Of a stretch of 64,000 nucleotides of DNA, positions 40,001-52,974 are shown piece after piece (positions within the stretch are counted from its first letter, which is position 1; each line of letters opens with the position of its first letter). The stretch is taken from the NCBI GenBank assembly GCA_002633005.1, contig NMRA01000361.1, positions 1 through 64,000 of the forward strand. Direction: 5' to 3'. The notes beneath the pieces were generated by a model. The model worked only from the letters and a program-made list of their open reading frames with translations. It did not search any database and was not told the DNA's origin. Source of the stretch: Phoronis australis (Eukaryota > Animalia > Phoronida). Made by a program: the position numbers and the translations under genes.

Positions 40001-43000
40001 AATAAGAAGACAAATTGACATGCACCTTGAAGGTTACCGTAAAGTTCTGAGTCATCACCCAGGGCATTTTTAAAGCGAACTCAAAATCAACGGGAGGGTC
40101 TTAAACTGAGTATGAACCCTTACAAGGAATTTTTTTAGCAGTCTGCGATGGGTGCTTTCCTGAACAATTGATCGGGTTAACGCCCAGAGAAGGAGCCACG
40201 TTATAGCACGACTTCGTATACTCCAAGAGTCACGTAAAACACAATACAACGGACTGCAAAAATGTAGAAAGGGCTTGCTAACTAGAATAGAGTCAAGTTA
40301 AGCATGACTAAAGTCTTTGCGCAGCAAAATGTTTTCAATGCCGCTTTACCATGTGCATGACGTCACCATTTTGTGCACACCAGCACAATCAGATGATATG
40401 ACAACAGCAGCAGACGGTGGATACACAGACAGAAATGTCAGCAAATACACACCCAAATATTGTGGGTGCATAAAAAAGTTCAATTTTTCCATAGAGATGT
40501 GATCGTACTAAAATGTCCTAAATCAAAAAAGTTACAAGTGTGAGGTATGATTATAACATTATTTTACTCCATGCGTTAAACAAAAAACATGCCGAAAATG
40601 ACGCACGAATTCAGAGTAAAAAGTTAGGCCCCTTTTACTGAAACAGCTGGACAAATTTAATTAGCTTTATGACAGGTCAATCAGCATTATCAAACTCAAT
40701 TACTGAACTAGTAAATTATCTGGCACCTTCTCTATGTAAAGTGCACAGTGAGGTGTATTTTCCAAGCAAATTTTCATTGGCATTGGGACACGAATTTTCT
40801 CAGATTCTGTGCTTCATCAAATTTCATTGGATTAGTACCTGAAAAATTATTCATAACCTATATGTTTTGTTGGTTCAATTGAATCGATATCTGCATCATA
40901 AAACCACAAGTACTGTCGCACTTCTGATATTTCAACACATTGCATAATTTTTGGGAACAAAAGTTTAGATATGGGTGTTTGCAAAGACACAGTCACTTTA
41001 TAAGCATGTCTCGAGAACGGATGCTTAAATGTGAAAATTGGAAAATTTAAGGGCCGGGCAATAAACTGGGCGTGGCAACCTATACAAGTCTGATATTTCT
41101 AGCTGTAGTATTATTTTTAAAAACCTATAAATCAAATATCAATCCAGACAGTGTTATAAATCTAAGAGTTGTCATGACAGCATTGTGCCTGGTTATCCCT
41201 ACCATATCCTCGTCAGATAACACCAGACTATCTGGCTTATCCACAAATACCTGGCTTGAATAACACTTATCAAGTGATCAGGAGATAGGATTTCAAACTT
41301 CAATAGAAAATCTGGCTTAATAATCTGTTTTTGATACATTGCCAAGTAAAAAAGTAATTGCGCAAAGGGCATATGCTGACCACGAATTCAGAAGACTGCT
41401 ACTAAAAAAATTTAAAGTGCAACTCCTGGGCAGGTGTTCATTGAACACAGCCCATTATACCGAGATCTCACTCAAACTATTCTAGCTGTACATTAACCTA
41501 TTTAACATCACGACAGACATTTTTTTACAAAAATGGCCATTTTTGTAATATTGCATATGTCAAGCAAAATACCCTATCTTTGTCCTCAGTAAACTTCAAA
41601 TATGAAAGTAAACAATATGTAGTGACAAAAAGCAGATTTTGCAGAACCATCTTCATGGGTGTGGAGATTTGTTTACTAAAGAGCATTAGGTTCAAATGTT
41701 ACGTACAGAGCTGTCACTCAAATGGAATCTCCCGCCAGGCACCTTGAATAAGTGTTATGAGCTACAGATGCATGACGCCAAAACAACACAGATAGTGAAC
41801 TTTAACAGTGCTCTCATGGACAAACGTACTGATTGACTGAACTTTCAGTTTGTGGCAATTAAAATTAAATTTTTTAACATTTGATCCAAAATGTGCTCAC
41901 AACTGACAACACATCATAAATGCACCGACTTGCTGGATTGCAATGAGCATTTTTGTTTTCACGAATGTAAGATAAATACGAAATTTATTTCAATTAAACT
42001 TTGCAGTATCATTATCAATTCATCAATCATAAAAATGCTTATTTTTCAATTTTTTCATATATATCATAAGTTTACTAAGAGAACTCGGGATGGGGTACTA
42101 CAAACATACCAAGCTAGGCACACACTGCTTACATGAAAACTTCCACATTTATCTACACGAGTACAATAATATTAGAAAGCAAAGGAGCCGTAAGAACCAT
42201 TTCATGTTTCCTCCAGTAAAGAACAGAGGACTGCAGTTATTTTCTCCCTATGATTTTATGAAGCAAGGTTCTGTTGAAACTAGCTGATTGTGTGATGTGG
42301 CGGACTTGGACACAGGTACTTTCAAGAAGTCTGGATATTACAGTATATAAACTGGGTGTAGTAGAAATCAGAGAGGGTGGTTATAAAACTTAAAATTTAG
42401 AAATTTATAGAGGATGGGCAGTAAGCTGAGCATGGCACAAGTTTCAATAAACCTGATATTTTCTACAATTCATTCTACACTGTAATGCAGAAAGGATAAT
42501 AGCAGGCTGACAAAGGTTGTGAACTGATCAGGCATAGTGTAGTATTTGACACACAATTACCAACCACCTAAAGTCTTCTCAACCTCACTGCATGGTGTAG
42601 CACCATGAACAAATACAAAGTCCCAACCCACATGCGCTCTCAACAGAAATATCCTCACCATGTAGCCAACCTTGTGATTTCTGTTCCAAAAGTTTGTGCT
42701 GAACATTGTCCTTTTCCAGCAGTAGTGACACAACCAGACTCAATGGCAGTCACAACACAAATGTGACCACTGAGTTGTGGTAATGAAAACCATGGTGAAG
42801 GGGAGCAGGGTAGGGTAAGTAACAGATGGTGTTAATATCAGGGGTTAATGCACAGGGCACACGCAGTGTTTATGTCCCAGACTGGAATGTGACTGCAAGT
42901 GTCGTGAAACTATATGTTTGCATATCTTGCACAGGAGCGGCACAGACAGACACAGGGAGTCTTCGTGGAACTGGAAATCAACTTTTGGAATTTGCTGTTT

Positions 43001-46000
43001 GGCCTAAGAAACTAGCACAATTGGCTCTGGTCTGAGACCCACTCATTTTAAAATCTGCGCCACATTGTAAAAAAAACCACCAACCTCAGATTTAAGAAAG
43101 TTCTTTTTTCACAAGTTAAACAAAAGTATTAGGTGGCTTGGACAAGTTTATGATTTTATACACGATGTTACAATTTTTTATTTTAGCATTGAATGGTGAA
43201 TGACCTGTCACGTCATGCTGCCTCCACCCCTATCATGATTCAGTGCCTTTACTATAAAAATAATTATGAATAACTGACCAGATTCATTGCATTCCAAGTA
43301 CAGTAAACACAACATGTGGTTCTCATGATGTTTTAGAATGGATATGTAATATATTGCATCTAGGTAATAGTTAAATAGCATTATGCTTGTCCATATGTTT
43401 TGAGGATGTGCTGGTCTCACTTTCTGCAGGAAACTTTTGCAGAAAAACAGTGACTTAATAATTAGATATTTGTTTTAGGTACAGTTATTTGGTCATTTTT
43501 AATTTTAGTGAAAGAGGAAATATCTATTAGCAGCCTAGAGTCAATCTCAACCTGTTAACATTGACACACCCCTGAAGAAGTGCAAAATACAAAATTCTTC
43601 AATGACACCATTCTTGGTGATGGATGATTATAACAAATTTATGCTTCATTTCACTTCAGAGGTCTCCATGTTTCTGTAAACCATATTTACAATTCCTAGT
43701 GGTTTACCCTCTGCACCTGTTGTTTACCTACAATGTCACTACTGTTCAATGCGTGGAATGAACCCATGGAATCACAAAACTTAGTGTTGTATGAAATGTA
43801 TCCATTTGATAAATTTGGGCAGATCACCCCCCCCCCTTCTGGAGGAACATGCTCCATGGGAATTCTAGGTTAGTATGAATTTGTGAATATTCATTCACGA
43901 AAAAAGAGTTTTCGACCAAGATCCGTACACGATTCATGAATATTCAGGGTCAGATTCAACAAGGAAAAAGTGTCCAAAATTCTGTATGCTACACAGCCAT
44001 CCTAGAAAAGTGTATTTTGTTTGAGCAGTTTTGTGATGAGATATTCATCATTCATCTGCAGGATAAAAATGCGTGAAAAGGGGATCCATTTCACATGCCT
44101 CCCCCAGGGTTGTTTGGGCATCAAAGTGCCTAATTGGATGGGTAATCGCGTTACTCATGAAATAAGCAGATTTCTTGCACAAGTAGGCTTATAATTATTG
44201 AGCAAAATATTGCCACTAGTACGAATGTCACCAATTTAGGGCATAGTATGATGGACAAGTGAAATAATTTAAATTTTGTTTTCAAGAAGAATATAGCCAC
44301 CATATGAAAATGTTTTGAGAAATTTTGGGCATTAAGAACAACGCTAGAAGCCTTAAAATTAAAAACGATAGATTTTTCACAATTATTTTTCTCAGAAATT
44401 GGTGAGATTTTACTGTACTTTAACATTAAATGTTTGAAAACAAAAAAAAACACTAGCTTATCCTTCAGTTGTAAGAGCAGGCGCCCCTTCAACTCACATC
44501 CCAAGAGTTTTGGAAAAATCTACAACTTAAATCGAACACACCGCGTCGCCACATCAATCTTGAAAAACAGACGTTTTTGTAGACCTTGGCATTCACTTCG
44601 CGAATTTTCTTCAAATACACATATAACCAGGCACAACTGACTTAGTGATAAAAAAAATTTAATTTGGGACAAAAATATTTGCTAAAATTGGCATATTTCT
44701 ATTTTTCAGGTGCTTACCACATTATTGAGAGTGGTCGAAATTTTACAAAATGTTGTTTGATAATAGCTACGCTATACAAAACAAGCTAAAAGCATGAAGT
44801 TAATATTCATGAAAAATTACTTTTGATAAGAAATTTGATAAAACGAAATTTCACCAGCTTACCCTATTGCGTGCATAACAGAAGAATTTTTACCGTTATG
44901 TTGCACATTGACAGAGTGAGCTGAAAGCCCTAGTAAGATTGAACATATCAGCGAATTTCAATTTTTCCTCTAGCGCAAGTTTCCAGAACTCTACAGATAA
45001 ATCTCGCCATAAATACAATCCGTCTAAAGATACAAGGGTAATGACCATCTATCATTCCACTAACAATCATGCAGAATCCGACTCCCAAAGGTATAGAATA
45101 CAGTGTTTCCCCTGGGTTTTGAAAGGAGTGTGGGAGTGAATGGTCCCATGGAGACTGCAATGGAGTGCCATTGTGCTCATCTCAATCTCTGAAAAGTTTT
45201 ATAGCATTCTAATGTATTTTAATCACAAATTAAAGTTACATAAAGAAGCAGAATCCACAAACATCGACAGTAGCCAAGTAATTTGCATATTGCGTATTGA
45301 TTTTCACTAGCGATTTTTGCGTAGAAGTTTTCCGTCAGGATTAGGTGTGTGGCGGTCAATCTGGGCAAGATTACAAGTGGTGGTATCAAAATGAAACGTG
45401 ACGGGCTGACAATATTTTTATAAGCAGGGGAAACACTGTACCAGTACTCTAGACAAAAACACTGGAGATTTAATAGTGGCACATTATGTGACTTCAATAA
45501 ACAGTGTTCTCCACAACTTCATTTTGACTCATCATAATGATATTAAAAAGTTTGGAATTTGCTGTACGATGAGTTTAGCTCACCTGCATCAAGTTTGAAA
45601 AACAAGGGAATGAGGCTGAACTCAAAGGAGGATAAAGAGTCATTTCTTCACCCCAAAACAAGATATTTTGGATGTTTAACACCCATTCAGTGATTTCACT
45701 GGTTTACACACAAACCGATAGTAGACATGGACTTCGAAACATAAAATTCCATTGCGTTTGAAAACACTGATGGATAGTTTCAATGGATCAAGTTCCCGCT
45801 TGAAGCAGATTCAGTCACACAGCCGTCAGTCTGGTTTGGATATTCAATACCAGATCGGCAAATCACATGTTTCACAAATCTGTTTCCATAATGGCCTGCA
45901 GTTATCCCAGGTACCTGTAATGCTCAATTTAAGCATTGATCAGAAAACATTATAAGGTCAGCCGATATACCGCAAGGAAAGCCAGCATTCTTTTCAAACT

Positions 46001-49000
46001 ATAAGATTATGTTCTACCTTGAGGGTTATGGCAATGAGCTAAAAACTGACTACTTTGGCTAATACCGGTACATTAAAACATAGTCTTCAAACCTGACTAG
46101 TTATATATTATAACGTAGTCTCAAACCCAACACCTGGAAGAAGTGATTAAAGCACTCCAAATTATTGTACATTTTTAGCAAACAATATGAAAATTGAGCA
46201 TTTGAAACCGTCCAACTTAAATGTAGTTTGCTGCAACTGAGGCGTAGTGTTCTTCAAAACAGAAAATTCAAACTCAAATAGAATTGCAAATTCATGTACA
46301 TGTTCATTGTCCCTATTATGAGGAGTTTGTGTTTAGTCTTGGAATAAATGCATAGAACTGGTTCCCAAATACAAAATGAAAATGTCATAATATATGCTTA
46401 AGAAAATGCTACCGTAATCTCTCAATATTTAAAACTTATAGGTTGTCAAACTAAACACAAGTAAGCCAAACTCAAACTGGCGTAACAAAATTCAAGCTCC
46501 AGGAAACGAGAGTTAAATCAGGTTATGGAGAACACTGAAAAACATAGAGATTTATCATCAGACTTTATCTGAATCTGTCAAGCTGAATAAATGGTTTAGC
46601 ACAAGGAAATACTGAAAAGGTTAGGTTTCAATGGAAAGTTTGAGTTGTTCTCAATTCTACTTTAAGCTAAGAGACTGCAGAGTACTGCACATCAAAACAC
46701 AGAGAATTTGCTTTATGGGAAAATGCAATAGCTCACTTGCGAGTTTCTCGCTAGTCACTGTGACGTCACCGGAAAGGGGGCAAAACCCGCCATATTGCTC
46801 TTGTTTTGCCCCGAGTCTTTGCTACACACGCTAAAATTTACTGGAGTTCTTATGGTGAATTTTACGCTTAAAACGTTAAAACAACTTAAGATATGGTAGA
46901 CGGGTCGTGGAATAACTGTGAATAGACGAAGAAAATGTGACCTTGTTGTGTTGTGCGAAGCTGTGAACGGACTGAAATTGGAACTTAACCCGCTCTAGGC
47001 CTGAATGGCGCAGGCATACAGGGGCGATAGTGTATCCCCATAAAAAGATATTCACTTCAAAATACAGCAAATAAAATCAAATGAAACATGCATATGTGCA
47101 CATGAAGTTATAATTAACACATACCCTGACTCTGGACACAATTTAGTCTACAAATAACTTGAGCATATTCATGAAAACCTCGCGGTTCTCTCGAGTTTCT
47201 CTCACTAAAGAGCCGCCATTTTGAGGAAGTTACGTGAAATCACGCCTGTTGACGAACAAAAAGTCCAAGGGACACAAATCTTACAAATTTCACTTGATAT
47301 TTTCTCATGCTATTTTGCAAGTGTCACGCGCCAGGTCACGCGCCAGATCTCGCGCTTCGCTCAGTCTCGCGCTAGCCTTTGCCTCATACTCACCTGACTC
47401 AGTTGAAATACTTGATTGTGGTAATCGCGCGCGCGGACAAAGTTAACAGTAACCACAAAGTGGAGTTGGAATTCTTCGCCTAAGTCACCTGAATTCCCGT
47501 ATATATGCTTCATCGAAGATATGCTTAGAAGCAGAAAGAGTCACTGAAGAAAGTAAGAGCCTTTTAGGTGCTAATTTTAGGTGTAGAATGTATTTTCGAC
47601 GAGGTGAAAACTTTACCAGTGAGCGGATTTCGCCTACCGCCCGTTTAAAATACACGGGACGAAATTAGTACAGAATGCGATAGAACGTATTGTAGCGCGA
47701 ATCTGAAGTTTATTTGCCATAACAGCAATGCTTTTGGACATTTTTCGAACTAAACGGCTAAAAACTCGAAGACAATAACAGAATACACTCTGCTACCGTA
47801 TTGGGCAAATGACCAAACAACAAGCTTTTGCCCCACTTCCCGTGACGTCACAGTTAAGTCTCACATAATCTCGCGTTATTGTTATAAACTCGCAAAAGGC
47901 CTATTGGTGTCAACTCTCATTTAATGTTTTGACTTGAACATTGTCCTAGCCATATCAGTAGAACTTTCTTTATTTTGTAAATATCCTTGGCATTAACAAA
48001 AATAAAACCGTACATGTAAACTTTTACCTCAAGTTTCTGTTTATTATATAACTAAAAACATGAGCATGTGTTACAGATGAATTTTGGTAACATTGAACTT
48101 ACCATAATATTTATGAACATGAAAAAAATACCAAACTTAATGAAAACATTCTCGGAGTCACACTGAATTGAGTAAAGAACTATAATGACGCGAATGATGG
48201 TGATGACACATGATTGACAGCCGTAACAGCATTAAGACATACCTCTAGACTTTAAACTGAGATCAGAAGTTAAGCAAATGATGAAATAGAGTGAAATGAA
48301 TCATGGTAATATGGCAAGATTGGACAAGAGAAGCATGAAGATGAAGACAAAGGTAGACAGTGTGGAAACAATCATGGCGAAAGATTTCAATAATGGCCGT
48401 CAACAAACAACTAGAACTGCAATGAAGCAATGCTAGCAAACTTAATGACCTCTAGGGGACGCAAAGCAAGTCAGAAATGCTCTCCTCAATCTCAACACAC
48501 CTACCACCTTTCATCGTGATCCTTGAAGAAGTTTGGGGAAGATGGAGAGAGACCACAATGAACACAAAAACAACAGAAAGGTCACCAGAGGTCGCAACAT
48601 ATGTCAAATTTATATGAAACAGAGGCAGAGCCAAGTGAGGGCGTTGCCAACAGAGATGCGCCAACCCAATGTCAAACCCCAAAAATAAAAAGTGGACATA
48701 ACTGTCAACTGAGCAAGTTGAGATGAAGGTATTGTCCACAGTACAGCGGACAGGCAGATAATTGCCTGCAGAGACCAATCATTTTTTTAACTCTTCACAC
48801 AGCTTGATGTAATATCCCCTGGCGTGAGAAGTGCAAAAATGACCAGTTTCCCATTTGCGTAACTGACTGAAGGAGTGTTCGAAAAGTTTGATTGTGGGAG
48901 TATTTATTGAAGCTAGAAGACTTAGACATCAAGTGCTTCCTCAGGTGTCCCCCTTACTAATAAGAGACACACAAGGTTTTTATAACAACATGACATTGAT

Positions 49001-52000
49001 GATTTAATCTGTGAGAGGCATAATTTGCCGGTGTATGGAGGGCCTATGGGATTACTGCTGTTTCTGCTGCAGACGTCAAAATCTGTTGCAGTTCACTGGA
49101 GCTTCTCTGGTCGGCAGGTGGCACTTTGAGGAATTTACGAACAAAAGTCCAAGCGACAGTAACACACAACTCTTACACATTCCACTGGATATCCCATGTT
49201 ATTTTTTGCAAGTGACACACGCCGTTTCAAGCACTTCGCTTAGTCTTGTGCCTGTTGTGGACTAACTCGCGTGACAAATGAAATACTGTAGAGACGTTAT
49301 TTGACTTGTCTCACTGTTGCGCTGGCTTTTAGCCGCGCACGCCCTCTGTTGGCATTGGAAGACAACTGTTGCTTGTCTTGGAGATTGCCGACGTGGCTGT
49401 TGCAGCCCTTATGCTGGTGCTGCCCAATAAGGGCACTACATATTTAGCGGCTCTTCTGCAGCCGATACAAAGGCTGGTGCGAGGACCAGAGCAGCTCTCT
49501 CAACCTACTGACTACTGAACCGAACGGACTCACACTTATTACTATAGGAGCACTTTTAGTTGTTACTGCAAGGTAAGACCTAATTCTTACTACAATACTG
49601 CATGGTTATCACAAGTGAAAACCAAACGAGCAATGCGGAACGCTGAAATGCGCCCACGAATGCATCGCAAATGGTGTGCTTTTAGGGATGTTTATTTGTG
49701 TCATAAAAATGGCCACTAGATGGCGCAAAAACATACAATCCAACCAAAAACGGAAACATGTCATTGCTTCTTAAATAGAAAGCTATACAACAAATTTCCT
49801 AGAAATCCGTCATTGAACTTCAGAGAAACAAACAAAAACAGATTAAAATGAAATTGCCACTAAGGAGACACACTGTTCATTGGATCTGCCTGAAAATCGT
49901 CATTGTCCGTTGTTAGCTTCGTAAAAATACATTTACAAATCAAATTTATTAAAGATCCTGCAGTGGATTTAGGAGATACAGATGCCCGTATTCAAAATTT
50001 CATGAAAATCCGTTGAGGACCTTTTGAAGATACAGAGGGAAATACGTAAAACTAAAATTGCCACCAGGGGGCACACCAGAAGTCAGATCCATCTGAAAAT
50101 TGTCATCGTCCATTGTCAACATCATATAAACACACTTCTTAAACTTAGTACAGATCGTACAAACGGTTTAGGAAATACAGCCATGAGCGCAAAAAAAAAC
50201 AAAACTGCCACTAAGAGGCGCCACAGTAGTCAAAGTCATCAGAAAATCATCGTCACCTGTCCAAACATACATGCCAATTTTCACAATTATCCTAAAAGCG
50301 GTTTGGTTGATAGAGGGGTGGATGCCAAAAACAGTCAAAAACAGTGAAAATGGCCACCAGGTGGCGCAAACTAGGTCGAATCCATCTGAATATGGAAAGA
50401 TATTGTCATCTCACTAACAGAAGCCTACACACCTAATTTTATGAAAACACATTGAGGACCTTTGAAGATACAGAGGTAAACGTAAAAAATAAAATTGCCA
50501 CTAGGTGGCACACCAGTGGTCAGATCTGTCCGAAAGTTGTTGTTGTCCATTGCCATCATCATATAAATGCACTTACTACTTACTAAATATATGTAAAGAT
50601 CCTGCAAACGGTTTAGGAAATATAGTGATAGATGTAAAAAACCGAAACTGCCACTAGGAGGCGCCCCAGTAGTCAAAGTCGTCAGAAAACCATTGTCAAC
50701 CGTTCTCTTCATAGAAAATACATGCCAATTTTCACAATCATGCCTCGAGCGGTTTGGTTGATAGAGGAGTGGATGTTAGAAAAACAGACGCGGAAACAGT
50801 AAAAATGGCCACTAGGTGGCGCAAACTACTTCAAATCCATCCAAAAACGGGAGAATATTGTCGTCTCACTAAAAGATACTTATAAACTTAATTTTGTGAA
50901 AAAATTTTGAGGACCTTTGAAGAGCCAGAGGTAAACGTACAAAAATAAAATTGCCACTAGGGGACACACCGGTAGTCGGATCCATCCGAAAGTTAGCTCA
51001 TACCGTCCCATGATAGGAACACGTGTGTAAAATTTCATGAACACACATCAATGAATTGGTTTTGGAGATAGAGCAGCAGACGCCGGTCGCTGGAAAGTTG
51101 CCGGACGGACGGACGGAGATGACGGCATAATGCGTCCAAATATAAATATGTGGGTGCATAAAAAGCAGAGTTAAAATTCTTCGCCAAAATCATCTAGTAC
51201 ATGTACAGTTAACTTAGAAATTATTTACCAGTTTTGGAGAAATTGACATTTTACCATGCTGAGCACTAAAATTGTGGAGCTTTTTTGTGTCAGCTTTCAG
51301 AGCCATGAAATATTGCATTAGTTATTAGCCACTTTCTTTTTTCACCAATTCTTCACAAGTTTACCTACACGCCATCACAAATTATCGGAACTGGCTTCAC
51401 TTCATTATTAGTTTTTAGAATTTTGATACCAGCAAACTGAATTTCAAAATAAGTTTTGCTGCTACGAAGCTGCTATCATCTCCTGAGAGATTTCTCATGT
51501 CATGAGCATACTGTCTTCCAAATGACGACATACTTGTTACACAAGAAAATGACATTTCACTTAGACGGCTGAAATGGGAAAGGCGAGCGTCGATTGCCTC
51601 CCAGATTTTGCATACACCCTCGCTCGTCTTTAGCTATATGCATGTTGATACCACTTCCACAGCGAGATGACGAGCAGAACTACCCAGGCTGAGTGCAATT
51701 CCGAGGTCTTCAATATATCCAAGAAAACCTGTCGCGGTTCGCTTGAATTTCTCCCACCATTTTGAGGAAGTTACGAGAATCACGCCTGTTAATGAACAAA
51801 AAGTCCAAGGGACACAAAACTCAAAAATTCCACCTGATATTTTCCCATGTCATTTTTGCAAGTGTCATGCGCCAGGTCACGCGCTTCGCTCAGTCTCGCG
51901 CTGGCCTTAGCCTAACTCACGTGACTCAGTTAAAATATTTTGTGGTTATCACGCGCGCGGTGAAAAAGTTATAAGGGTGATCAAAAAGTGGAGTTGGAAT

Positions 52001-52453
52001 TCTTCTCTAAAGTCACATTAATTCTAGTAGATATGCTTCATCGAAGATATAAGTAGAAGCAGAAACGATCACTAAAGAAAGTAAGCTCATTTTTAAGTGA
52101 TAGCTGTGAGTGTAGAATGTATTTTTGACGAGGTGAAAACTCTTATCGGTGGCCGGATTTGGCCTACCGCCCGTTCAAAATACATAGGACGAAATGTATA
52201 CATAAAGCGATGGGAAGTATTGTAGCCCTAACCGGCCAACCGAGGGGCTACCTGTTACCTATACCTAGGCTAGCTGTATTTTGATGATAGACTTCATACG
52301 TCTATCACTCTATCACTCAGTCTATGTCATACACAGCTAGCTGGTTGGCTACTGGCTGCCCAAAGTAACTACAGGGACAAACATATCGAGAAGACAAAAC
52401 GAACCTAATCACATGTAGCTCACCTTTCTCCAGTTTCCCGCAACGCCGCTCAT
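19986..52453 (-). CDS. RHPN2: Rhophilin (Rho GTPase effector; HR1-BRO1-PDZ), ~652 aa, 16 coding exons
   Basis: Exons in transcript order: 52453-52424 (MSGVAGNWRK, less certain), 33464-33349 (GSNPLYETARGKLQ..GAENLF), 31747-31619 (ETVALELSFVNSNLQLLKEEL), 29678-29603 (VPMIPLGLKETKEIDF), 26059-25982 (DYIEEHYSED), 25479-25355, 25047-24939 (FDSLTGVP..SLAFEKGSILFN), 24545-24396, 24146-24051 (AQCQECVYEK), 23692-23536 (YVPFSWISM), 23309-23199, 22819-22699, 22229-22156, 21806-21730 (PDFSEFKVEDLF), 20894-20748 (GPLSVFSA..GYGFSVRGESPV, PDZ), 20348-19986. These sum to 1959 nt as one open frame. Likely co-orthologous to RHPN1 and RHPN2. Confidence 0.95.
21329..21580 (-). mobile_element. Truncated copy (one end) of the Helentron-like element family, cut by the assembly gap
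   Basis: AACAAGAG-CAACGC-GGA-GCGTTG-AAATGCGCCCAC matches the end of the element at 49625 and contains a perfect hairpin. It stops at N 21581. Confidence 0.65.
21581..21581. other. Assembly gap/contig join with ~47-bp duplicated flank
   Basis: Single N. 21284-21330 is repeated at 21582-21628 with one substitution. Confidence 0.9.
22434..22535 (+). mobile_element. tRNA-derived SINE head (degenerate)
   Basis: A-box-like TGGCCTAGTGG and B-box-like GTTCGAGTC at tRNA-like spacing. It does not fold into a full cloverleaf. Confidence 0.5.
27505..27552. repeat. (TA)n/(CA)n microsatellite following a poly-A run
   Basis: Read directly. Confidence 0.8.
27908..28162. mobile_element. MITE, PIF/Harbinger-like termini
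   Basis: Left GGGGCCTGTTCCAAGAAACTGACTTA; right reverse complement GGGGCCCGTTCCAACAAAACTGACTTA. 255 bp, non-coding. Confidence 0.7.
33790..33864. repeat. 37-bp tandem duplication
   Basis: ACAGCCAGGTACATGACTGGCATGACCATCTCA(G)CTAG occurs twice. Confidence 0.9.
36653..36925. repeat. 138-bp-period tandem duplication
   Basis: Unit ACTTG(T/C)GAGCTGCAAAGTTAGC...GGGCAATTCCA starts at 36653 and again at 36791, with few substitutions. Confidence 0.9.
37045..37081. repeat. (CA)18 microsatellite
   Basis: Perfect CA run. Confidence 0.95.
40280..40477 (-). mobile_element. Miniature Helentron-like element
   Basis: Ends in TGTGGGTGCATAAAAA, identical to the end of the 49625-51164 element, preceded by a stem-loop. 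The other end is AACTAGA plus an AGTCA..TGACT hairpin. Confidence 0.4.
46726..47906. mobile_element. Non-autonomous DNA transposon with imperfect TIRs (~1.2 kb)
   Basis: Left CAATAGCTCACTTGCGAGTTT..TGTGACGTCACCGGAAAGGGGGCAAAA; right reverse complement CAATAGGCCTTTTGCGAGTTT..TGTGACGTCACGGGAAGTGGGGCAAAA. No TSD detected. Its interior is repeated at 51720-52226. Confidence 0.6.
49625..51164 (-). mobile_element. Helentron-associated non-autonomous element (HINE/DINE-1-like) carrying an internal ~147-bp tandem repeat array
   Basis: Subterminal inverted repeats ATGCGCCCAC (~49648) and GTGGGTGCAT (~51150), a terminal hairpin at one end, a (GGAC)n microsatellite at 51103-51117, T-rich ends and about nine internal monomers. 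This architecture is that described for HINE/DINE-1 elements. Confidence 0.7.
51720..52226. repeat. Dispersed direct copy of the interior (47170-47697) of the TIR element
   Basis: Shares CCATTTTGAGGAAGTTACG..AACAAAAAGTCCAAGGGACACAAA..GTGGAGTTGGAATTCTTC..GCCTACCGCCCGTT in the same orientation. ORFs 47234+ and 51762+ are near-duplicates. Confidence 0.85.
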
Positions 52454-52974
52454 GATTAAAGAAATTTCAACAATCCATTTGGACTTTCAACTTGCCTGCA
52501 CACTACGCCTACCTTATCACTCAACATGCTCCACTCTCTGCAAAAGCGTGGAACCTCTTGTTTACAACGGGGATCGATAATTATAGTTTCACGGAAAATA
52601 TAATTATTTTAGAAAAATATCTTTTTCACAATAAGTAAGCAAAATTACATGTAATAAAATTCAAAATGTGAACGTGTCTTAGATTTGGATAAAGTACCGG
52701 AGATCTAGCCAAATTTTCCGACCAGTTACAAGTGTCTTGATATGCTCCCTGATACAAATGTCAAACGCAAATACTAAGACATAAAATTGCAAAATTACTG
52801 TTGATCACCATAATTTGTTCATTTAAATTAATTTGAATTTATTTGAATATGGATAATTTAGGTTAATCTTCACCAAATTATCAAAAACTTTAAAGTTATT
52901 TGGGCAACATACGGGTCTTTTGCACATGGCTGCCTCTTACAAGGACTGTGTGAATCTTTTATAATTTACAAGTT
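52454..52974. promoter_or_regulatory. Putative bidirectional promoter between rhophilin and RAB5IF
   Basis: Divergent ATGs at 52453 (-) and 52975 (+) are separated by 521 bp. Depends on the rhophilin exon-1 call. Confidence 0.55.

Noticed and set aside
48180-49560. Purine-rich, coding-looking stretch as a retroelement ORF1 or nested gene
   Set aside because: Multiple stops in all frames and no recognisable motif; a translated search would be needed.
47170-52226. Two ~500-bp direct repeats 4.5 kb apart as LTRs of a retroelement
   Set aside because: No TG..CA ends, primer-binding site or gag/pol remnants seen. The first copy is the interior of a TIR element (46726-47906).
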